Part shown: positions 7,948-16,917 of the stretch, one piece after another | Layout: the number at the start of each line of letters is the position of its first letter | Numbering within the stretch: position 1 is the first letter of the stretch | IMG/VR virus record: IMGVR_UViG_3300033977_000108 | Location: 140,634 to 204,633 of that record | DNA length: 64,000 nucleotides | Strand: one strand, 5' to 3' | Translations under genes and position numbers: made by a program | Notes under the pieces: generated by a model | Databases searched by the model: none | Seen by the model: the letters and a program-made list of their open reading frames with translations, nothing else | What the model was told of the DNA's origin: nothing

Positions 7948-8355
7948 TTATGCCCATGAACGGTGGGCTTCCTCAATGGTTTCCACGCCATCGTATTCGT
8001 CAATCACCCATTCTATCCCGTCGGGTATCTTGACTACTTTTAGATTGGCGAAGAACCCATTGGCTCTCTTTCCAAGCTCCTCTACTACGGCTACCAAATC
8101 CTTATCGTCTCGTGGTATGTCTCCGCTGCAGAGCAAGTGATCCCCCATCTCTTTCTCATCCATAAAAGGCTTATCATAAGCCAAAAGAGTCTTTGTGGAT
8201 TTCATTGCTTCCGAGCGAGTTACAGGGGAATACTGTTGGCGCATACAGTCGTAGATATACCAGTAGAGCTTTTTTCCTTTCCTCTTTGCGTATGCTTCAA
8301 GAGCGAGTGGGGACAGACTAAAGCCACCGAAGCATGTGTTTATAACAATTTTCAT
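7948..8355 (-). CDS. conserved phage hypothetical protein
   Basis: KIVINTCFGGFSLS...RDDKDLVAVVEELG...EYDGVETIEEAHRSW, a widespread phage family. Confidence 0.75.
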   Translation of the reverse strand: MKIVINTCFGGFSLSPLALEAYAKRKGKKLYWYIYDCMRQQYSPVTRSEAMKSTKTLLAYDKPFMDEKEMGDHLLCSGDIPRDDKDLVAVVEELGKRANGFFANLKVVKIPDGIEWVIDEYDGVETIEEAHRSWA

Positions 8356-8356
8356 G

Positions 8357-9538
8357 CTATTCATCCTCCTCGGGGATGGTATTCAGCATCAAATACCTTA
8401 ACTCTGGGTATTCCATTGCTACGCATGGGGCCTTATAACGACAATAGCGACATTGCCATGCCCCAATTATCTTATGCTTGGCTTCCCATTCTTTGTACTT
8501 TTTGTCGGTGATTAGCCCTTTGCCCTTCAGGTCTTCCACCTTCTCGGCCGTGTATTTGTATTGATATTCAGCCGGAGGCATGTAGCCAGCAGGCAGTTCA
8601 GCTATTTCGAGCCGGACCGCTTCCCAGAAATCAGCACCGGCTTTCTTTGACGCCTCGTCTAAATTGCCTTCATTGTCGGCAACTAATAGTGGGGGCTGTA
8701 CGCCCCTGAGCATCAGCCGTCTCTCAGCCTCATCTATGGCTCTTTGCCAGGCATCCTGTAAAGTCTTGTATCGTTGGTAGATATTCTCAATGGTAAATAC
8801 TTTCCAAGGTATGCCATCTACAGATGGGTAATGTAAACCGTCGGTATCCATGTAAATACCGATGTCAAACTCTCTTCTATTGCGGCCGGTCCGGTCTACA
8901 TAGAGGAGCTTGCCACCTAACTCACCATTGCCCATCAGGTCAAGTTGCGGCTGATACACTTGGATGCGATTCCTATGGCGCGCGGCGGCTTCAGGATTGT
9001 CGCGGGCCTCTTTGGCGCAAATCTCAATCGCGTCTTTCATACGCGCGCCTGTCCGCAGCTCATTCAAATAGACTACGAGTTGCAGCATGTGCTCAAGCTT
9101 TGGTTTGCCCTCTTTCACGATGCGCTTACTGGCAAAATACCCATCAAAGCTTTTGATTTCAGCAATCAATCCTTGCTGTGTATCTTTGTCCAGGAGCACA
9201 CCATCAAGCTCAAATGCCAGCTTTACGTCCTCAACCCAAACTTTTACGCCGGAAGCTACGCAGATGTTGGCGGCTATTGCTTGCTCGAAGACATCCTTTT
9301 CTACCGCCTTGCCTAAACGGACAATTTGACAGCCCGTGGCGTCCATTGGATTGGTGATAGGCTGCCCTGTCATTCTGAGATAACTGGCTCTATGGCACCC
9401 GCCCACAATGTCTGATTCGGTCTGGTCTAATAGGCAAGCGGAAGCTTCTGACGGCCAGACGGCGGGGAGCTGAGAGATACGGGGCTCCCAGTTCTCCATG
9501 GAAAGTAATATTTTGTCTAATTCCTCAAATACGCGCAT
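8357..9538 (-). CDS. Cas4/RecB-like PD-(D/E)XK exonuclease with 4-Cys Fe-S motif
   Basis: GGCHR (Cys1), ELDG, AEIKS, QLVVY (QxxxY), CRYCRYKAPC (3 Cys); extended-10 promoter upstream. Confidence 0.75.
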   Translation of the reverse strand: MRVFEELDKILLSMENWEPRISQLPAVWPSEASACLLDQTESDIVGGCHRASYLRMTGQPITNPMDATGCQIVRLGKAVEKDVFEQAIAANICVASGVKVWVEDVKLAFELDGVLLDKDTQQGLIAEIKSFDGYFASKRIVKEGKPKLEHMLQLVVYLNELRTGARMKDAIEICAKEARDNPEAAARHRNRIQVYQPQLDLMGNGELGGKLLYVDRTGRNRREFDIGIYMDTDGLHYPSVDGIPWKVFTIENIYQRYKTLQDAWQRAIDEAERRLMLRGVQPPLLVADNEGNLDEASKKAGADFWEAVRLEIAELPAGYMPPAEYQYKYTAEKVEDLKGKGLITDKKYKEWEAKHKIIGAWQCRYCRYKAPCVAMEYPELRYLMLNTIPEEDE

Positions 9539-9557
9539 TTGCTAACCTCCATCGCGT

Positions 9558-9566
9558 ATTATACCA
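9558..9566 (-). promoter_or_regulatory. extended -10 promoter
   Basis: TGGTATAAT overlapping the upstream stop codon, followed by GGAGG and the exonuclease ATG. Confidence 0.55.
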
Positions 9567-9831
9567 CATCAGGGCCCCAGCCAAAAGATACATCAGACGG
9601 TCCTTTTGCATGGAACAAGATCTGTTCTATCTCATTTGGGAAGGGCAGATTCATCTGCCTTGCGTGCAGGCAAAACATGAGAAGCCCCCAATCTCTGGGG
9701 CTTGGGGTGGGGCTCATAGTATCCCTAATCGCAGCAATGAGCAGGTCAACCTTGTCCGGCTGCATACGCGGCACTTCGCTGGGGTCAAAGCCAACTACTT
9801 CGGCAGTTTCCTGTAAGTTATCCCAGTCCAT
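9559..9831 (-). CDS. hypothetical protein
   Basis: Start refined to MDWDN. Confidence 0.55.
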   Translation of the reverse strand: MDWDNLQETAEVVGFDPSEVPRMQPDKVDLLIAAIRDTMSPTPSPRDWGLLMFCLHARQMNLPFPNEIEQILFHAKGPSDVSFGWGPDVV

Positions 9832-10051
9832 TTTGTTTCTCCAAGTGTGGCTCCGGCGGCCATTCGACAACATTCAATGTTTGATTACCGCGGGTGACTC
9901 TAAACCTTCCTGAACCATCGCGTAGCAGTTCTATGCGGGCTTCGGTAATCCAAGTATTGGCCTCTACAACAAGTTCTTGACTGGCAAGTCTATGTACGAG
10001 TTTGCGCCTGCGCGAATCGCTTGCGTAGATTCTACCTATGAGGGCTGCCAT
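9818..10051 (-). CDS. hypothetical protein
   Basis: 77-aa ORF coupled to neighbours. Confidence 0.55.
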   Translation of the reverse strand: MAALIGRIYASDSRRRKLVHRLASQELVVEANTWITEARIELLRDGSGRFRVTRGNQTLNVVEWPPEPHLEKQNGLG

Positions 10052-10053
10052 AT

Positions 10054-10401
10054 TTACCAGAACGACTTCGTTTCGCCGGATAAGTAATGGATGTAGCCTT
10101 GAGGACCATTAACGAAGCGGGGGCCCCTTTTATCTAATAGCTGCCCTGGTTGTACTTCCCTACTATACACTTCTGGGGTCTTAGTCCCATCCTCATCGCG
10201 CTGTGGGTGCCATCTGTCGCCGCAGCAGGGGCAGTCTATGCCGCTCTTGCAGCCATAAAAGTATAATCCCAGATCCTCTGCCCGGCAGTTTGCATCGTAG
10301 CTATTTATTGCTTCTATTACGACAAAACATGAGATACCCTTGGCAGAGTCTGTATCGAATTTGCCAAAGCCGTTATTCTGATCGAAACAAAAGAAAGGCA
10401 T
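10054..10401 (-). CDS. conserved phage protein with QNN and DCPCCGDRW motifs
   Basis: FDQNNG...VIEA...AEDLGLYF...DCPCCGDRW, a recurrent phage family. Confidence 0.7.
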   Translation of the reverse strand: MPFFCFDQNNGFGKFDTDSAKGISCFVVIEAINSYDANCRAEDLGLYFYGCKSGIDCPCCGDRWHPQRDEDGTKTPEVYSREVQPGQLLDKRGPRFVNGPQGYIHYLSGETKSFW

Positions 10402-10402
10402 A

Positions 10403-10801
10403 CTAAATCTCCCTACCAATATCCTCACCGGCCTCAACTGCCTTGCCGGAATTTGTAGCCGTAAGGCCAGTAGATTGAAATGTATCCAGGACTTTCTCAG
10501 ACAATAGACATCTCAATGGTAAAACTTGTACTCGTTGTGTGCTGAAATAGGCGCGCTCTGGGGTACCGAGCATGTCCCTGCCCATGCCCACTGGCGTTTC
10601 TTTGCCAAACAAGCTTGTCGTTATAATGAGCAAGGCAGGATATTCCTCATCCACTGAGAGGGGAACGTTGGTATTGAACGGTGTCTTATAACCCCGGAGT
10701 ACGAAAGTAGTCTCGGATTCTGCTGCTACGGCCTGCCTTATTTCTTTGGTCTGTTCCGCATTCTTTGCTACTCTAACACTGACATAAACATCAAGGAGCA
10801 T
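10403..10801 (-). CDS. hypothetical protein
   Basis: 132-aa ORF translationally coupled to the AAA ATPase. Confidence 0.6.
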   Translation of the reverse strand: MLLDVYVSVRVAKNAEQTKEIRQAVAAESETTFVLRGYKTPFNTNVPLSVDEEYPALLIITTSLFGKETPVGMGRDMLGTPERAYFSTQRVQVLPLRCLLSEKVLDTFQSTGLTATNSGKAVEAGEDIGREI

Positions 10802-12882
10802 TAGACCTCCCTATCTGTTTCCAAGATGCCCTGGCTATACATCTCTTGCCGGTGTTTCCGCAGCCCGTTCCTATCTCTACCGCGCTCACGCCACTCCTTT
10901 GGACAATACCCGAAGTGCGTGACATATTCCAGTGCCAGGTCTATCAGAGCTTCTATCAGCTGCGTATTCGGCAGGATATTATCCATTGATAGTTCCCAAT
11001 CAGCGCGTGTGATTTCTGCCGAATCGGCTGCCTTTCTTTGCTCTGTCTTGGATAACTTCTTTATCTCCGGGTCTTCCAAGATGCGAAAGATAGCGTTGTT
11101 TAGGGCGTCTTTTGCTACTACTTCTATGTCGGCGCCGGTCCAAACATGGTCGGCCCAGATTAGGCGGCCTAAACCATGCTCTTTATTCTCCAACTTTGCC
11201 GTCTCTTTCAGATCCTTCGCCCAACGGAGATGATGCTTCTTGGCGATAGCTTGAAGCAGTTCGGCTCTGCCTTCACTATTTACCTCGGAAGGGGGCAGAG
11301 CTGGCAAAACAGCATCGAAGCGACCAGACCGGATTAGAGCGGTGTCCAATACATCTGGTCTGTTTGTGGCACCGATAATCACAATCTTACCTGCCCGGCT
11401 GTCATCGGACAAAAAGGTCATTAGTGAGTTGAATACCCGGGAAGAAGTCCCAGAGTCTCCTATTGAGGTTCGTCCGGCGGAGAGAACAGAATCTAATTCA
11501 TCAAGGAACAGAATGACAGGAGCGGCAGATTCCACAGCCTCCAAGAACTTGCGCGTCTTTGTCTCCGTTTCTCCCACAATGCCGCCGAAGAGCCTGTCAA
11601 GGTGGCCTATCATGAAATTCATTCTGGCTTCTTTGGCTAAGGCATTTGCTAAGAAGGTCTTACCGGTTCCTGGCGGACCGGTCAGGAGCACACCTTTGCT
11701 GCATGACCGCTTGTCGCCCACCATCAAGGGACGGATAATCATCCGCCTGAAGTATAACTTCAACTCTTCGTGGCCGCCTACCAGGTCGAAGCCATGCTCC
11801 GGTTCATAAAACTCAACCAGACCTTGATATTCCTCTTCAATAGCCCGCTGCTTTCGGGCGCGGATGGCCGTGAAATCGACGGGCACATTATCCAGCCAGG
11901 ACTGCATCAGAACATCCTCTAAATGGCATCTTGACATGCCTGCGGATTGGACGGCGAACAGATGCTCATCTACGCCTTCGGCATAGGCCACATCATGGAC
12001 GTTCCTGCTGGCTATTCTTACAGGATGGCCTTCTTTAGAGTATCTTCGGACCATCTCGGTGAAGTTGTGCAGCCATTCTTCACGCTCCTCCAGCTTTGGG
12101 TGCTTCACAAGGATGCTGCTTACTCTTGAAGAGCCTCCACTGATGCTGTCATGAATATCCGTGGAGTGGCGGCTGAGAATGATTATCATGTTCTTATTGC
12201 CAATGGCTTCATCTGCCGCCCAGTTGCGCAGGTGTACTATAGGCAGCCTATCGGTTAGGTTCAGTTGGGACATCTGCCCGTTAGGGAAGATGGCATCCCC
12301 ATCTTTGAATATAATCCTAAAGCATGTCTCAGGTTTCCCGACTTCCCCCTTCTTCCTTGCGGCCTGGTTCTTCTCGTATAGAGCTTTAGACGCGGCGAAC
12401 CACATACTCAGCGTCTTCAAACAAGCCATCAAATCGGGCGGGTGGATAATCAGATTCCACGGTACCATGCTGTCGTCGCTATCCTTTGCCTCATCGGGAT
12501 AGCAGGCAGCCATGATAGTCTCCCAGTCTTTACGGGATTTCTCATGGACAAAAGTCAGCCCCTCATTCAGGCTATAGCAGGCCATTACACGATTGTCGGC
12601 TTGCAGGATTTCTTTCTTTTGAGCGGCTGTAGTGGCTTTCATTAGTCTATAATTTACATCCAGTTTGGTAGCGAGAAGGTCTATAATATGAGATCTACAG
12701 CCGCTATTGTCCTGGTAGTCGTTGATGTTCCCGTGGAGAATAAAGGTATGGGCTATCTTCGCTTTATAGTCGCGGGCTAATTTACGGATGGCTTCCGGCT
12801 CAGGAAACTCATAAGCCTTTGTCTCTTCCACCGCGTCCTCTGATTCGGGCTTTTTGGTCTTATTTTCTTCGTCCGGCATCAT
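10801..12882 (-). CDS. classical-clade AAA+ ATPase (Ycf46/Cdc48-like; degenerate N-terminal domain plus one active AAA domain)
   Basis: GPPGTGKT, LFLDELD, GATNRPDVLDTALIRSGRFD (second region of homology), WTGADIE. Confidence 0.9.
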   Translation of the reverse strand: MMPDEENKTKKPESEDAVEETKAYEFPEPEAIRKLARDYKAKIAHTFILHGNINDYQDNSGCRSHIIDLLATKLDVNYRLMKATTAAQKKEILQADNRVMACYSLNEGLTFVHEKSRKDWETIMAACYPDEAKDSDDSMVPWNLIIHPPDLMACLKTLSMWFAASKALYEKNQAARKKGEVGKPETCFRIIFKDGDAIFPNGQMSQLNLTDRLPIVHLRNWAADEAIGNKNMIIILSRHSTDIHDSISGGSSRVSSILVKHPKLEEREEWLHNFTEMVRRYSKEGHPVRIASRNVHDVAYAEGVDEHLFAVQSAGMSRCHLEDVLMQSWLDNVPVDFTAIRARKQRAIEEEYQGLVEFYEPEHGFDLVGGHEELKLYFRRMIIRPLMVGDKRSCSKGVLLTGPPGTGKTFLANALAKEARMNFMIGHLDRLFGGIVGETETKTRKFLEAVESAAPVILFLDELDSVLSAGRTSIGDSGTSSRVFNSLMTFLSDDSRAGKIVIIGATNRPDVLDTALIRSGRFDAVLPALPPSEVNSEGRAELLQAIAKKHHLRWAKDLKETAKLENKEHGLGRLIWADHVWTGADIEVVAKDALNNAIFRILEDPEIKKLSKTEQRKAADSAEITRADWELSMDNILPNTQLIEALIDLALEYVTHFGYCPKEWRERGRDRNGLRKHRQEMYSQGILETDREV

Positions 12883-13135
12883 GCTCCTTTAGTTCCAGAT
12901 TTAGCCCTAGGAAGTCGGCTGGACCATTGGTGACTGGAGTGTTCCTAGGAAACATCTCCATGCCGAAATAAAAGGCCAGGTATTGCTTCAAGGCTTCGTC
13001 AAGCGTGAGAACTCCCGACAATACACGATTGACGAAGGGTACCCAGTTTGGGTCTTCTTCCACCCTCTCCATGTCTATTTCCACTTTGCCGGTGAGGGTG
13101 AAGATTACGGTCTTTATGTCCTCATCGTTCCTCAT
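12860..13135 (-). CDS. hypothetical protein
   Basis: 91-aa ORF between the radical SAM and AAA genes. Confidence 0.55.
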   Translation of the reverse strand: MRNDEDIKTVIFTLTGKVEIDMERVEEDPNWVPFVNRVLSGVLTLDEALKQYLAFYFGMEMFPRNTPVTNGPADFLGLNLELKEHDAGRRK

Positions 13136-13801
13136 CTACACCTCCCTTACCAAATCAAAGTTCGGTGCTGGGAAGCCGGTAACCTGAACCAATCCGGTTT
13201 CATCTATGGTTATTTCTGTTTGCTGCTGGGTAAAATCAGCAAGCGTGTATCTATTACTAAATAAGCGGAACTCCTGGTTCGTTGAAGAACTTAGTGGTCG
13301 GTTATCTGGCCGCCCCCTCATATAGCGCCCCATTATAGCGAAGTCTAAGTAGTAAGTACTCAAGAGGTTCCAGGTGGCTACTTTGCTGGTATACGGTTTG
13401 TTAGCCGACGTCTCAATAACCGCTTTGCCCTCCTCCGTAATACATAGTGTCTGGTATTGGCCGGCTTCCAATTCTTTGAGGGAATAACCAGTGAACATTC
13501 CAATGCTGAAGTTTGGTATTGCCTCCCTCACTTGCTGGGAAACGGCCAATACATTCTGTGCTTGATGCATGGGCTCGCCGCCGGACCAGGTAAGACCTTC
13601 CAAATTATTGGCTCGCGCTTCAGTCTCTATCCATTTGGCAAGATATTCATTATCCTCCCAGCATGGATGGCCTGGGTTTGGATTGTGCGTTTCCGTATTG
13701 AAGCAGCCGGGGCAATTCAATAGACAGCCTTGGACCCAGATTATAGCCCGCTTGCCTGGTCCATTGACGCGCGTTTCTGATAGCCTTGCGTGTATTAGCA
13801 T
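13136..13801 (-). CDS. radical SAM protein, NrdG/PFL-activase-like
   Basis: NGPGKRAIIWVQGCLLNCPGCFN (CxxxCxxC), GLTWSGGEP, SSTNQ. Confidence 0.88.
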   Translation of the reverse strand: MLIHARLSETRVNGPGKRAIIWVQGCLLNCPGCFNTETHNPNPGHPCWEDNEYLAKWIETEARANNLEGLTWSGGEPMHQAQNVLAVSQQVREAIPNFSIGMFTGYSLKELEAGQYQTLCITEEGKAVIETSANKPYTSKVATWNLLSTYYLDFAIMGRYMRGRPDNRPLSSSTNQEFRLFSNRYTLADFTQQQTEITIDETGLVQVTGFPAPNFDLVREV

Positions 13802-14223
13802 TGATGCTCCTTGTTGTCGGCGCCGGAGATAATAAGCTTCGTCATCGCGCTGATTTGGTTCTGTAAGTCGCGATTGTCCTCGTAGACTTTGTAAGTAGTC
13901 TCATCAACTACGAGCATCTTTACCCTACATTTCGGGCAAATAATCCCTATGATGTCGATAAAGATATCACCGGCTATCTCTTCTTTCTCCACCTTGCCGT
14001 CTATAATAAGCGATTGGAAGCCCCTGCGATAACTGCCTTCCAGCGAGTAAGTCAGCCCCTGACAGGAGGGACATTTTATAGGGTCAGTCTGAACCTTGCT
14101 ATCAGGTATCATAACTATGGCAGTTGGTATCCAACTGGGCTCCTGCTCGGGGGGCTTTGGCGTTTCGGGCTTCGCGTCCGAGACTTGTTCTACCGGATTG
14201 TCTTCTGGTTTATCTTCCGCCAA
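13795..14223 (-). CDS. zinc-ribbon protein
   Basis: CPSC and CPKC pairs. Confidence 0.55.
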   Translation of the reverse strand: MAEDKPEDNPVEQVSDAKPETPKPPEQEPSWIPTAIVMIPDSKVQTDPIKCPSCQGLTYSLEGSYRRGFQSLIIDGKVEKEEIAGDIFIDIIGIICPKCRVKMLVVDETTYKVYEDNRDLQNQISAMTKLIISGADNKEHQC

Positions 14224-14398
14224 GAGTCACCTTCTGGGTCTGCTGCGTTTCATAGAATTCTGGCTTGGTTTTCTCTTCCAGTGTGCGGCCGAGCTTGGCA
14301 AATATCTTCGCCAAGTCCTTACAGCCTGGACCGTGCCCGCCTTGGATATCAACCTCAGCGTCGCCGTTTTCACCAATGGTTACAACGATTTGTGGCAT
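14210..14398 (-). CDS. DUF2997-like small protein
   Basis: IVVTIGENGDAEVDIQGGHGPGC...L....KPEFY...Q pattern. Confidence 0.75.
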   Translation of the reverse strand: MPQIVVTIGENGDAEVDIQGGHGPGCKDLAKIFAKLGRTLEEKTKPEFYETQQTQKVTLGGR

Positions 14399-14676
14399 TG
14401 TTCCTCCTTCCAATCAGTATAGAATCTTCCTATGCGGATGAATAGGATACCAGTCTTTGATCCCGTCCATTTACGCACGGCCTTTGCTACACCACGAAGA
14501 GTGAGTTTGTCCAGCATGATAGCTTTCTCCAGAGATTCTATATGCTGTAGTGTAGCCTGCTGATGCGATGCGTGCTCCAAATACCCCGCGGTATGCGGTC
14601 CATACCTCTGCATCTCTATGTCATCTTCGTGTACGATCTGCTCCCACTTGGCGATAAGGGCTTCTACGTAGCTCAT
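14380..14676 (-). CDS. hypothetical protein
   Basis: 98-aa ORF in the operon. Confidence 0.45.
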   Translation of the reverse strand: MSYVEALIAKWEQIVHEDDIEMQRYGPHTAGYLEHASHQQATLQHIESLEKAIMLDKLTLRGVAKAVRKWTGSKTGILFIRIGRFYTDWKEEQCHKSL

Positions 14677-14855
14677 TTACCGCTCCCTTCCTGTTTGGTA
14701 CAAGCACTTTCCTTCTTGATGGTCTTGTCGAGATTCTTCAGGGCTTTTCTTAACTGCCTGTTGCCTCCAAGTTCCCTTATGGCCTTCTTCAGGCCCTTAC
14801 GCGCCTTCCGCAAGACCCTAAGCATCCTTTGGTTAGGCATTAGCATATCCTTCAA
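14673..14855 (-). CDS. small basic hypothetical protein
   Basis: Lys/Arg-rich amphipathic 60-aa ORF. Confidence 0.45.
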   Translation of the reverse strand: MKDMLMPNQRMLRVLRKARKGLKKAIRELGGNRQLRKALKNLDKTIKKESACTKQEGSGK

Positions 14856-15084
14856 TCGGGAACTCGGGTGGATTAGGCCGTGGGGCTACCTGGCCTATGT
14901 GATAATCGGCGTAGGCCTGCAGTGCATCCAGACGCATCTGCTCTTCTGCACTTATCGTCCCTGAAATGCTTTTGTCGATTAGGACGCCACGTTCATGATT
15001 TGTCAGCGCCCAATTCTCCTCAAAGTGAAGGAAGTCAGCCAAGTTCATCACGCCCTCAAGTTCCCTCGGCAATTGTCTAGGCAT
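14833..15084 (-). CDS. hypothetical protein
   Basis: 83-aa ORF in the operon. Confidence 0.4.
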   Translation of the reverse strand: MPRQLPRELEGVMNLADFLHFEENWALTNHERGVLIDKSISGTISAEEQMRLDALQAYADYHIGQVAPRPNPPEFPIEGYANA

Positions 15085-15490
15085 TGTACACCAATTGGAT
15101 TTTCACACCCTTGTCGGTTTTTATTTCCCGTTTGCTTGCCAGCGTCAATCCGCGCGCTCGGGCGAGCTTGGCTGCTTTCCTGGCGGCATACTTCTGCTTG
15201 AGCTTCCCTACCCATTTGCTATTGAAGCGCCCGCGGTCATACTCTGAGATGATGGCTACATACTTGCCATTCTCTTTCTTGAAGCCAAGGTCATTGGAAG
15301 ACGAGCCGACATACTTACGGGGAACTATGATATCGGCTTTCTGTTCCCGCTTGTCTCCGTGGTAGCCTTCCAGCTGCTGAGCCTCCTTATTCACCTGTAT
15401 TGCCTGGGACGAAAAGCCCATATCTTGCAGGGCACCGACTAGGCAGGCTTCATCAGTCATTTCTAATTCATAGTTATGGTAAGCCGACAT
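15077..15490 (-). CDS. DUF1257 (Ycf35-like) protein, copy 1
   Basis: MSAY...D...LVGALQDMG...LEGYHGD...ADI...SNDLGFKK...Y...SEYD. Confidence 0.8.
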   Translation of the reverse strand: MSAYHNYELEMTDEACLVGALQDMGFSSQAIQVNKEAQQLEGYHGDKREQKADIIVPRKYVGSSSNDLGFKKENGKYVAIISEYDRGRFNSKWVGKLKQKYAARKAAKLARARGLTLASKREIKTDKGVKIQLVYNA

Positions 15491-15561
15491 TGCTAACCTC
15501 CTGTAAATTGTCTCCTATCCAGGTTATCTGCCCTCTTTGGTCAGCTTCTTTAGGAATAAAG

Positions 15562-15831
15562 TCAGGTTCTGTTCTTCTCGCTTTGCTTTTTCCGGCATTT
15601 TTGCCCTCGCGTCCGGGGAGTTATCAGTTCGACGTTCAAATCCTTGGCTACACAATGAGAATCGCCCCTAACCACATCTTGTATGATTCTTAACCTTTCG
15701 TTGTCATAGGTTTCAAGCGCATCCATCAAGGCGTACTGGATGATATTTTGAAGCTCATGAATCTTTTCAGCAATGTTCAGCAAATTATTATAGGCTGTAT
15801 ATCTACCTAACGGTAGCCTAATCTTTTTCAT
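15562..15831 (-). CDS. hypothetical protein
   Basis: 89-aa ORF between the two DUF1257 genes. Confidence 0.5.
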   Translation of the reverse strand: MKKIRLPLGRYTAYNNLLNIAEKIHELQNIIQYALMDALETYDNERLRIIQDVVRGDSHCVAKDLNVELITPRTRGQKCRKKQSEKNRT

Positions 15832-16214
15832 ACATTATACACCAATTGGATTTTTCTGCCTACCGTCCTCTGGGCTTGTAGGGTCAGCCCTTTCTGGCGC
15901 GCAAGTTTCATAGCCTTGCGCTTCTGATAGTGCTGTTTGACGCGATTGATAAAGTCTTTATTGAGGGCACTATCCATAGATTCTTTCACTAATCCCAGCT
16001 CGCCCTTCGAGTTCTTGACGAAGCCGGCTTCATACCGGTTCCCTACCCCAGAATTCGCGGGCAGTTTGATCTTCACTTCCCGCTTGTTCTGCCATGGGCT
16101 TTTGATGGTCAGATTTTCTCCTATCTCTACTTTGCATCCTATGTCTTCCAGCGCCTTGGCAAGTAGCTCTTCGTCTTCTACGCCCGCGCATTCTTGTTTT
16201 GAATAGTGACTCAT
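15828..16214 (-). CDS. DUF1257 (Ycf35-like) protein, copy 2
   Basis: MSHYS...DEELLAKALEDIG...EAGF; shares KLAR..GLTL...KIQLVYN with copy 1. Confidence 0.75.
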   Translation of the reverse strand: MSHYSKQECAGVEDEELLAKALEDIGCKVEIGENLTIKSPWQNKREVKIKLPANSGVGNRYEAGFVKNSKGELGLVKESMDSALNKDFINRVKQHYQKRKAMKLARQKGLTLQAQRTVGRKIQLVYNV

Positions 16215-16221
16215 TGTCCTC

Positions 16222-16917
16222 CTAAAATGCCACCGTGGGTTCGGTATGGTCTGCCTTGTAAAACGACTTTAGCAGGCTGGATATCCTCCTGCTATAGACG
16301 CCGCGCTCTACAAGTATTACATCCGGTACTCTGCCGGCGAAGTCTTTCAGTTTGACGTAGCTCTCTCGCGAATGTCCCTTGTCTTTCAGTGCGGCCAGGA
16401 TTTCAGGTATGTTCTTCTGCGAGAGATCAAACCAGTTTGGATTCGTACCGGAATCTATTAGTATCTGCTGTAAAGCGATGTCGTATCTAAAGGAAAAGTA
16501 GGCGGTATAATGACAGAATGAACACCATGTCGGTTCATACGGGTGCCTATCAAAGTGCTCCTTCAGTCTAATCAGCTCGGCGGAGATGAGGCTCCCTCGC
16601 TGTATGGTATTGATGTCATATTTGCTTTTGAATCTGGAGTTTACGCCGGTTCGTATTACTTTCCTTTGACCGTGTGTGTCCATTATTGTGGTGTTCAATT
16701 CTTCATAGTCCTTTGGGTCAATGGCGGTATCCGTAAGGAATGCTGCCTGTATGAGGTTCTGGCATTCCGTACAAAAGTGGCCGTAGATTAGCTGCCTCGT
16801 AAGGGTCGGAGCGTGGCCCACTTTCTTGTATTCCTTGTCCTCCTTTGTTATGTCGCCCGTGGCCCAAGGGCTGAACCGAATGCTTGGCACATCGCCATCA
16901 TAGAATAATTCTATCAT
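16222..16917 (-). CDS. hypothetical protein with two CxxC pairs
   Basis: CTEC and CSFC; coupled to the helicase gene. Confidence 0.65.
   Translation of the reverse strand: MIELFYDGDVPSIRFSPWATGDITKEDKEYKKVGHAPTLTRQLIYGHFCTECQNLIQAAFLTDTAIDPKDYEELNTTIMDTHGQRKVIRTGVNSRFKSKYDINTIQRGSLISAELIRLKEHFDRHPYEPTWCSFCHYTAYFSFRYDIALQQILIDSGTNPNWFDLSQKNIPEILAALKDKGHSRESYVKLKDFAGRVPDVILVERGVYSRRISSLLKSFYKADHTEPTVAF

Noticed and set aside
8357-9538. Cas4 as part of a CRISPR-Cas locus
   Set aside because: No cas1/cas2 and no repeat-spacer array seen; solo Cas4-like exonucleases are common in phages
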